DNA of 64,000 nt from the human T2T-CHM13v2.0 reference genome, Homo sapiens, in NCBI RefSeq assembly GCF_009914755.1, contig NC_060929.1. One strand, given 5' to 3'. The first letter of the stretch is position 1, and every line of letters begins with the position of its first letter. The notes below the pieces were generated by a model. That model was not told where the DNA came from. It saw nothing but the letters and a program-made list of their open reading frames with translations, and did no database searches. This document shows positions 54,510-64,000 of this stretch, piece by piece. A program made the translations under genes and the position numbers.

Positions 54510-54802
54510 GGCTGGGCCTGGTGGCTCACGCCTGTAATCCCAACAGTTTGGGAGGCTGAGGCGGGTGGATCACGAGTTCAGGAGTTCGCGACCAGCCTGA
54601 CCAATATGGTGAAACGCCGTCTCTACTGAAAATACAAAAATTAGCCAGGCATGGTGGTGCGTGCCTGTAGTCCCAGCTATTCGGGAGGCTGAGGCATAAG
54701 AATTGCTTGAACCAGGAGGTGGAGGTTGCAGTAAGCTGAGATCCACCACTGCACTCCAGCTTGGGCGTCAGAACGAGACTCAGTCTCAAAAAAAAAAAAA
54801 AA
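54510..54802 (+). mobile_element. AluSg-like, inserted in the tail of the preceding AluJ
   Basis: 'ggatcacgagttcaggagttcgcgaccagcctgaccaatatggtgaaac'. Confidence 0.94.
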
Positions 54803-54891
54803 GGAAAAGAGAGAGAGGGAGAAAGAAATAAAAAGAAAGAAGGAAGGAAGGAAGGGAGAGAGAAAAAGAAAGAGAAAGAAAGAAAGAAAAA

Positions 54892-54935
<44 letters not shown>

Positions 54936-55003
54936 AAAGAAAAGAAAAGAAAAGAAAAGAAAAGAAAAGAAAGGAAAGAAAGAAAGAAAAAGAAAGAAAG
55001 AAA
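54788..55003 (+). repeat. Compound polypurine tract: A-run, (GA), (GGAA), (GAAA)n, (GAAAA)n
   Basis: About 215 bp of almost only A/G. Confidence 0.97.
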
Positions 55004-55599
55004 TTCTACATATTTGTGAATGTTTTTGATTGGAAGATAAACTTGATATAATTCTATCTTTTTGAATTTGTTAAGACTTGCTTGTGACCTAACATGTGAT
55101 CTATGCTGGAGAAAGTTCTGTGGCACGTGAGATGAGTGTGTATGCTGCTGCTGTTGGGTCGAAGGAATATCCTTTATGTCCATTAGGTCCATTTGGTCTA
55201 TACTGTTGTTCAAGCTCAATGTTTGCTTATTGTTCTTCTATCTGCTTGTTTTATCCATTATTGAATGTGGGGTATTGATATCTTCTATTATTTTGTATTG
55301 CCGTCTATTTCTCCAATTCTGTCAATATTGATTTATATATTTAGATGCTCTTATGTTGGGTACATATATATTTATAATTGTTATATCTTTCTAGTTAATT
55401 CATCCTTTTATCATTATATAATGATCTCTGTTTTTTGCAATACTTTCTCACCTAATGTCTATTTTATCTAATGTAAGTATAGCCACACCTGCTCTCCTTT
55501 GGTTAGCATTTGCAAGAAATGTCATTTTCCATATCTTCAATTTTAGCCTACATGTCCTTAAATCTAAAATGAGTTTCTTATAAACAGCCCAATTTTTTA

Positions 55600-57640
55600 A
55601 TATAAAACTGCTTAATAATAAAATACATCTTTCTCATTCCTAAAGCCAGCATCATGATTAACTGGAAAACACTAGAAGATTTCTTCGTAACAATAAGAAA
55701 AAAAAAAAAGCCCATCCTCACTATTTTTAATCAATATTTTACTAGGCATACTCAGCTGATAAAATACATAAAAGGAAAAGGGCTAAAGTATAAAAATCAG
55801 GAAAGAGAAAATAAATTATTTATATCTGACAGAATTGTGAATCTAGAAAACTTAAATTCAATGACTGAATTTACCAAGTTAGTAGAGTGCAAAATTAATC
55901 CACAGAAAGCAATAGCTTTGAAAATATATAAGGGCAACCTAGGAGAAGCTACATTTGGAGCAAAAATTAATTTATATTAGCAACAAAAGAGATAAAGTAC
56001 CTATAAATAAACATAAGAAAAATGCAAGGCATATATGAAAACATTTTAACACTACTGAAGAACTCAAAAGCAATACTGAATAAATGGAAATACATGCCAT
56101 ATTGTTAGAGATACTATATCTCAACATTATGGAGTGTTAATTTTTCTAAAGTTAATTTTTTTAAGTGATGCAAGTAAATTTACAACTAGATTGTTAGAAG
56201 TAGACAAGCTAATTCTAAATTTGATATAAAAATGAATAAACAAAATAGCTAGGAAAACATTGAAAAGCACTGGCAATATAGAACTAGCCCAATTACATAA
56301 ATATATAAGAAAATAATTAAAACTATATATTAAAATGTATTATACAGTCCAAATATAGGCTTATGGTTAGAATAGCTTAGAATAAAGGACTAGAATAAAA
56401 AATTCAGAATTAGACAAAAAAAGAAATGGGAATTTAGTATTTGAAAAAGTTGGCAATTAAAATCAGGAAAATTGTTAAGGGAAGATGGATGACGCAATAA
56501 ATATTTTTGAGACAAGTGAATAGGCAGATGGATCTACACCTCACACCATACACCAAAAAAAAAAAAAAAAAAAAAAAAAATTCAAACAGACCAATACTTA
56601 CAATGTACATAACAAATCCTTAAAAATAGTAAAAGATAATATTGGTCACATTTTGTCAAATTCTGTCATTTTTAATCTTAGGGTGAAAAAGACTTTTCAT
56701 AAATAGAACAAAAAAATCCATAAACCACAGAGGAAAATTAATAAATACATTCTATTACAAAGAAAAATGACTATACGGCAAAAAAATGCTATAAGCAAAA
56801 TTAAAAAAAAAAGATGAGAAACAATAAGTATTTGTAGCTCTTACCATAGACAGAGAGTCGCATAGATTAATAGATATATAGTCCCAGGTTTTTGTATAGA
56901 CAAAAATCCAGTAAAAAATGGGCAAAAAAAATAATTTCCAAATAAAGAAAAAACAAAAGGCTCTGTAAACATATGAAAGGTGTTCAAACTACTTACCTTA
57001 AGAAAATTAAAATGCTAAAAATTACACTGTATTTAGAAACCATATTTTACCTCTCAGATTGTTAAAACCCAAATGTTGTCAACACCCTCCGTTGGGAAGA
57101 CTAAAGAAAAACAGGCACTCATATATTACTGGTGAGGATATAAACTTGCACAACTCCTCTGAAAGGCACTGGAAATATGTAACAACATTACAAAGGCATA
57201 TATACTTTGACCCAGAAATTACACTTCTGAGAATTTATCCTGCAAGTATTCTTCCACATGTTAAAAGACATATGTAAATGGTTATTCTTTGTGGCATTGT
57301 GTCTAGTACACAAGAAATCTAAAACAACCCAAAGGCCAACCAATAGAAAATTGGTTAAATAAATTATGATATATCCATAATAAGGAAAACTTGTTTAAAA
57401 AATGATAATAACTAGAAAATTCTCCATGTACTGGAATGGAAAAATTTATCTGAAATGAGGCTAAATGACAAATGCAAGATGCCAAATATTATGTTTACTA
57501 TGCTAATTTTCATTTTAAAATGAAGGGGGAAAAATTAAAAACACTAATAATGTATTATATTTGCATTTTATAGACCCTGAAAGGATACACAAGAAATTAC
57601 TGATGTTATTACCGAGGATAGGGAGGGATGGGGGGTAAAT
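55600..57640 (+). mobile_element. Ancient L1ME-type ORF2/3' fragments
   Basis: 'taaagccagcatcatgattaactggaaaacactagaag', 'ctacacctcacaccatacaccaaaa' and 'ctttgacccagaaattacacttctgagaatttatcctg'. Confidence 0.75.
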
Positions 57641-59116
57641 CAGGGAAAGAAGGGTCTATAATCTAAAGAAAGTTAACTTTCTAACTTTAATGTATAGAAA
57701 TTTGGAGCATTTTTTGTGAAAGATAATATGTACAAGTTTTCTTAAAGTGGAGAGATCATACAAAGGAAAGAGAATCACATATTATACTAGACTTTGCAAA
57801 CACAGTAATATACTGTGGCAATAGTTATAAAGGATAAGTGAGTTTACATATTAATCCAAATTACTTCTCATTTGTGGAGGCAAATACAACATATTTTCAA
57901 ATATGGAGCAGGTATTTAAAACGCTTGATAATACCTTAGTCAAGTGAAAAATAAATAATAAATACATAAGAAAGTATATATTCAGGAATTGAATAAAATT
58001 TACAGTTAAGTTTAAATTTACAGATGCATTTTCAGCAACTATTTAGTCCAGGTAAGTTTATCCACTGGGTTAAATTCCTCTAAGCCAGGAACAAAAGGCT
58101 CTTACATTAGGTTGTAAAAAGACACAAAGGCAAAGCCAATCAGATGTAATGTATAAAACAATATATAGCAGGTACAATGAACAACAACAACAAAAATCCA
58201 GAATGGCAAAATCAAAATCAGTGTGCAATCTATTAATCAATCAATCACAGCCTATCAGGAATGAATTGCTCAATAGAGCACTGAACATATCAAAAAATGA
58301 ATTATTAAAAATACAAGGAAAGCTGACTTTATAGTAAATGTATTAAAATTACTAGAAAAAATATAACAATATATTCTTCAAATGACTTGGGTTAAAAAGT
58401 AAATAAAAGTTTCTGTCTTGATTAAAGCTTTACTAAGAGATCTACAATGTAAAATAGGGCCTGTGTTATATATCAGGAGTGATTTTTCATCTATTTTTAA
58501 AATCTGTCTAAAAGTGACTTTTAACATCTTAACATTCTGTGTATGTTAAAATGGTAACAGGGAGCCTAAGAATCTGAAAGAAATCTACCATTGAAGAAAT
58601 GGTAAATAAATCTGAAAATTATTCACTTTAATAAATTGTTCCTAAGTCCAATGTTTCCTGGAGTCCTTTGAAATAAATTTATAGGAGTTGAAACATAAAA
58701 TCTAATTAGCCTCATAACTACCAGTTTTTGAAGTCTTACTATGTTCAAGACTCTAACTTAGATATGTAAAATACATATCAAATATGTATATATATGTATG
58801 TATATAAACATAAAATAGGGTCTTAAAATTTTGAATATTGAATGATTTGGTTTCTGTTTTAAGTTAGTATTTACCTCACAAGAATTACATTAATATTGAT
58901 TTATATTATGTAATAATACCTATTATAAATATGAAAAAAGAGTTTCTGAGAAGGGAGGAACTAGCTCAATGATAGATCATCTAAGAGGTGATCAAGCCAA
59001 AATTTGAATTGAAGAAGAGAAACTGAGTTAAATGATGTGGCACATAATTATCTATAATTTCTGTGATTTTGAATTGTAATGTATTAGAACAATAAAACCG
59101 ATAGTACTTCTCTTTA

Positions 59117-59389
<273 letters not shown>

Positions 59390-59752
59390 TCAGTTGAAAC
59401 AGGATTAAATGGGAGAAAAAAAATCGTGTATTATTAAATTTTTTAAAGTATCTTTATTTTCTTTGACTAATATTGCATTTTTCCTGTTAAGTAAAAATAA
59501 TCTTTATAAAAAAATTGCAGTTTTCCAAAAGACTTCAAAAAGCAAAACAGCAAATTTCAGTGAAATAAACATTAATGCATCCAGTCTTGAAATTTTGAAA
59601 ATTTAGTTAGGTAATTTTTATTTTAAATTTGATATACGTGCCGTGTAAGAATTTCATAAGCATTCTGAAATTTTATTTAATAAGAAATTAAGCAATCAGT
59701 TGAAGTAATGTACATTTTATTAAATCAGACTTTTTTTTAATGCACAATCTAA

Positions 59753-60092
<340 letters not shown>

Positions 60093-60884
60093 TAGAGCAA
60101 AAATTTTAAGTGAAAAGCAAATAAGAGCTTTGTATTTAGCTTAAATTGACGATGTTTAAGATTTTGATTTTGATTAAATTGAATATGTTCTAAAATCAAA
60201 ATGTAAAAAAAATACCAAAATTTCCCATTATTTAAGCAATATTTATTCAGGAAAAGGCTATTTTCTGAAATTTCCTTTTCCTGTTTGATAATGTCCAGGA
60301 TTGCTTCTTCTTTACTTCTTTTAAAGTGGCCAGAGGCATATTTTCTCTGGCAGGAATCAGCAATAATAAATGAAAATGTAAGTAAAAGGGCATATGTTAC
60401 AACTTTTTTATGTTCATGATATGTACATACTATTAATTCCTTTTCTTGTAAATAAGTCGGATACTGCCTTTTATCATTTGTTTTTACATTTTCATTGAGT
60501 ATTATCTGTCTTCAGGCAGCTCATTACTAGTGACTCAGGATTCATTTTAGATTCATATCAATCTTGCGATAGGAAAGACAGAAATAGAAAATGTTTTTCT
60601 GTACATGAACATCTAACTTAACCTCTTTCAGGTTCCAAAATTAGGCCTGGCTAAATTACTGACGAAAGACTGATTATTGAATTATTTAGACAAAAGTATA
60701 GTAGAGAAAATGAGTACAGTCTCAGGATATAGACTGAACGAAAAACAGTTAAAGTAATGAGAAAAATAGCAAAAGGCAGGTATGCAAATATGTGTCACTG
60801 TGAAAGTCATAGAGGATGGGAAAGAATAACATGGAAAAAAACATTTACAAAGGATAAGGTGAAAATCATGCAAGTAAGCAAGCA

Positions 60885-61465
60885 TGTGATTCAGTAATCC
60901 CACTACTGGGTATATCCAAAAGAAAATCAGTACGTCAAAGAGAGAGCTGCCCTGCCATGTTTATTGCAACATTACTCTCAATAGCCAAGCTATGAAATCA
61001 AGCTAAGTGTCCATCAACAGATGAATGGATAAATAAAATGTGGTATATATACACAATGGGATAGTATTGAGCCATAAAAATAGAAGAAAATTCTACCATT
61101 TGTAACAACATGGATGAACCTGGGGGACATCATGTTAAGTGAAATAAACCAGGCACAGAAAGACAAATACCACATGATCTCACTTACATGTAAAATCTAA
61201 AATGTTGATCTCATATAAGTAGAGTAGGATGGTGTTTACCAGGGGCTGACGGGTGAAGGGCTGGGGAGATGTTGGTCAAAAGATTTCAGTTAGAAGAAAT
61301 AAATTCAAGAGCTCTAATGTACAACATGGTGACTGTAGTTAATACAAATACATCATATCTTGAAAAATGCTGAGAGTAGATGTTAAATGTTCTCAAAAAA
61401 GAAATAATAACTATATGAGGTTATTTGTTAATTAGCTCAATTTGACCATTTCACAATGTATGTAT
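60885..61465 (+). mobile_element. L1MA 3' fragment interrupted by HERV-H
   Basis: 'gattcagtaatcccactactgggtatatccaaaag..aacatggatgaacctgggggacatcatgttaagtgaaataaaccaggcacagaaagacaaatacc..ccatttcacaatgta'. Confidence 0.9.
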
Positions 61466-61863
61466 TGTCAGGCCTCTGAGCCTAAGCTAAGCCATCATAT
61501 CCCCTGTGACCTGCCCGTACACATCCAGATGGCCGGTTCCAGCCTTAACTGATGACATTCCACCACAAAAGTGAAAATGACCTGTTCCTGCCTTAACTGA
61601 TGACATTATCTTGTGAAATTCCTTCTCCTGGCTCATCCTGGCTCAAAAGCTCCCCTACTGAGCACCCTGTGACCCCCACTTCTGCCCGCCAGAGAACAAC
61701 CCCCCTTTTTCCTTTACCTACCCAAATCCTATAAAATGGCCCCACCCCATCTCCCTTCACTGACTCTCTTTTTAGACTCAGCCCGCCTGCACCCAGGTGA
61801 TTAAAAGCTTTATTGCTCACACAAAGCCTGTTTAGTAGTCTCTTCACACGGACACACATGAAA
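61466..61863 (+). promoter_or_regulatory. HERV-H 5' LTR (LTR7): U3 with two 'gccttaactgatgacatt' repeats, TATA box 61730-61736, GC/GT box ~61740, polyA signal ATTAAA 61800-61805
   Basis: Begins 'tgtcaggcctctgagcctaagctaagccatc' and ends 'tctcttcacacggacacacatgaaa'. Confidence 0.95.
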
Positions 61864-61865
61864 TT

Positions 61866-61883
61866 TGGTGCTGTGACTCGGAT
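61866..61883 (+). other. Primer-binding site complementary to tRNA-His
   Basis: tggtgctgtgactcggat, one mismatch to the HERV-H PBS tggtgccgtgactcggat. Confidence 0.92.
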
Positions 61884-62496
61884 TGGGGGACCTCCCTTGG
61901 GAGATCAATCCCCTGTCCTCCTGCTCTTTGCTCTGTGAGAAAGATCCACCTATCAGGTCCTCATACCGACCAGCCCAAGAAACATCTCACTAATTTCAAA
62001 TCCGGTAAGTGGCCTCTTTTTACTCTCTTCTCCAACCTCTCTCACTATCCCTCAATCTCTTTCGCCTTTCAATCTTGGCGCCACACTTCAATCTCTCCCT
62101 TCTCTTAATTTCAATTACTTTCATTTTCTGGCAGAGACAAAGGAGACATGTTTTATTCGTCTCCTTTTAGCCCTCCCCCACCTGCCCAGCAATTTACTCT
62201 TAAAAAGGTGGCTGGAGCCAAAGGCATAGTCAAGGTTAATGCTCCTTTTTCTTTATCCCAAATCAGATAGCGTTTAGGCTCTTTATCATCAAATATAAAA
62301 ACCCAGCCCAGTTCATGGCTCGTTTGGCAGCAACCCTGAGATGCTTTACAGCCCTAGACCCTAAGAAGTCAAAAGGCCGTCTTATTCTCAATATACATTT
62401 TATTACCCAATCTGCTCCCAACATTAAATAAAACTCCAAAAATTAAATTCTGACCCTCAAACTCCACAACAGGACTTAATTAACCTTGCCTTCAAA

Positions 62497-63775
62497 GTGT
62501 ACAATCACAGAAAAAAGTTGCAATTCCTTGCCTCCACTGTGAGACAAACCCCAGCCATATCTCCAGCACACAAGAACTTCCAAACGCCTGAACTGCAGCG
62601 GCCAGGCATTCCTCCAGAACCTCCTCCCCCAGGAGCTTGCTACAAGTGCCAAAAATCTGGCCACCAAGCCAAAGAATAGCCGCAGCCCAGGATTCCTCCT
62701 AAGCCGTATCCCATTTGTGCAGGATCCCACTAGAAATCGGACTGTTCAACTCACCTGGCAGCCACTCCCAGAGCCCCTGGAACTCTGGCCCAAGGCTCTC
62801 TGACTGACTCCTTCCCAGATCTTCTCGGCTTAGCGGCTGAAGACTGACGCTGCCCGATCGCCTCAGAAGCCCCCTAGACCATCACGGATGCCGAGCTTCA
62901 GGTAACTCTCACAGTGGAAGGTAAGTCCGTCCCCTTCTTAATCAATACGGAGGCTACCCACTCCACATTACCTTCTTTTCAAAGGCCTGTTTCCCTTGCC
63001 TCCATAACTGTTGTGGGTACTGATGGCCAGGCTTCCAAACCTCTTAAAACTCCCCAACTCTGGTGCCAACTTACACAATACTCTTTTAAGCACTCCTTTT
63101 TAGTATCCCCACCTGCCCAGTTCCCTTATTAGGCTGAGACACTTTTAACTAAATTATCTGCTTCCCTGACTATTCCTGGACTACAGCTATATCTCATTGC
63201 TACCCTTCCCAATCCAAAGCCTCCTTTGCATCCTCCTCTTGTATCCCCCCACCTTAACACACAAGTATAAGATAACTCTACCCCGTCCTTGGCGACCGAT
63301 CATGCACTCCTTACCATCTCATTAAAACCTAATCACCCTTACCCCGCTCAATGCCAATATCCCATCCCACAGCATGCTTTGAAAGGATTAAAGCCTGTTA
63401 TCACTCGCTTGCTACAGCATGGCCTTTTAAAGCCTATAAACTCTCCTTACAATTCCCCCATTTTACCTGTCCTAAAACCAGACAAGGTTTACAAGTTAGT
63501 TCAGGATCTGCGCCTTATCAACCAAACTGTTTTGCCTATCCACCCTGTGGTGCCCAACCCGTACACTCTATTGTCCTCAATACCTTCCTCCACAACCCAC
63601 TATTCCGTTCTTAATCTTAAAGATGCTTTTTTCACTATTCCCCTGCACCCCTCGTCCCAGCCTCTCTTTGCTTTCACCTGGACTGACCCTGACATCCATC
63701 AGTCCCAGCAGATTACCTAGGCTGTACTGCCGCAAGGCTTCACAGACAGCCCCCATTACTTCAGTCAAGCCCAAA
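62497..63775 (+). pseudogene. Disrupted HERV-H gag-pro-pol
   Basis: Stop in place of the last Cys of the zinc knuckle (62677). Protease DTG motif reads NTE. RT LDLKDAF reads LNLKDAF. Stop at 63718, where W-x-x-LPQGF is expected. Confidence 0.9.
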
Positions 63776-64000
63776 TTTCATCCTCATCTGTTACCTATCT
63801 CGGCATAATTCTCATAAAAGCACACATGCTCTCCCTGCTGATCGTGTCCGATTAATCTCCCAAACCTCAATCCCTTACAAAACAACAACTCCTTTCCTTC
63901 CTAGACATAGTTACTGCAGTCAGAATTCCTACACAAGAGCCAGGACCGCACCCTGTAGCCTGTCCAAACAACTTGGACTTACTGTTTTAGCCTAGCCCTC

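Larger units (their letters stand above)
51727..55590 (-). mobile_element. Old L1M ORF2 (RT and EN remnants) interrupted by tandem Alus
   Basis: Minus-strand peptide [47 protein letters not shown] (53059-53274). EN-start reverse 'ttttatccattattgaatgtggggtattga'. Confidence 0.9.
61864..64000 (+). mobile_element. HERV-H internal region (leader, deleted gag, pro, pol); truncated by window end
   Basis: Leader donor 'ccg|gtaagt' at 62005. Gag zinc knuckle CYKCQKSGHQAKE*. Protease VEGKSVPFLINTEATHSTL. RT QYPIPQHALKGLKPVITRLLQHGLLKPINSPYNSPILPVLKPD..LVQDLRLIN..YSVLNLKDAFFTIPL. Confidence 0.96.

Noticed and set aside
54677-55219. 180-aa F/S/L ORF and the opposite-strand K/E/R ORF
   Set aside because: Translation of the GAAA tract, Alu and L1 remnants.
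58021-58057. Plus-strand 'ttttcag...ccag|gtaagt' possible mini-exon
   Set aside because: Weak polypyrimidine tract, antisense to the gene and no supporting context.
63289-63720. 143-aa reverse transcriptase ORF as a possible functional or domesticated gene
   Set aside because: It is a fragment of HERV-H pol. The first catalytic Asp motif is mutated (LNLKD), it stops before LPQG, and no YxDD is evident.

Overview
AT-rich, repeat-dense human (primate) genomic DNA that is almost entirely intronic. One protein-coding exon is visible: 59118-59365 on the minus strand, 248 bp, with canonical AG/GT ends and an open frame [10 protein letters not shown]...QVLHFTV. I recognise it from memory as a late exon of TMEM232 (5q22.1). 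A MADE1 hairpin at 44353-44439 (minus) matches my recollection of the miRBase precursor mir-548f-3 (MIR548F3), which lies in a TMEM232 intron, so the two identifications support each other. The rest is nested L1 fossils of several ages, 11 Alus, L2/MIR, MaLR and MLT2 LTRs, hAT MITEs and microsatellites. A HERV-H provirus (5' LTR7, tRNA-His PBS, degenerate gag-pro-pol) starts at 61466, antisense to the gene, and runs off the window end. Repeat subfamily labels are by eye and need RepeatMasker/Dfam confirmation. I see no evidence for a novel multi-gene system, and the ORF track is essentially L1, Alu, ERV or low-complexity noise. The most interesting unexplained structures are fossil repair and retrotransposition scars: (1) a ~104-bp locally templated insertion flanked by a ~60-bp duplication (27271-28514); (2) an inverted 250-bp copy of a neighbouring L1PB, plus a duplication and inverted patch inside that L1PB; (3) a 59-bp orphan insert with a perfect 16-bp TSD at an L1 endonuclease site.
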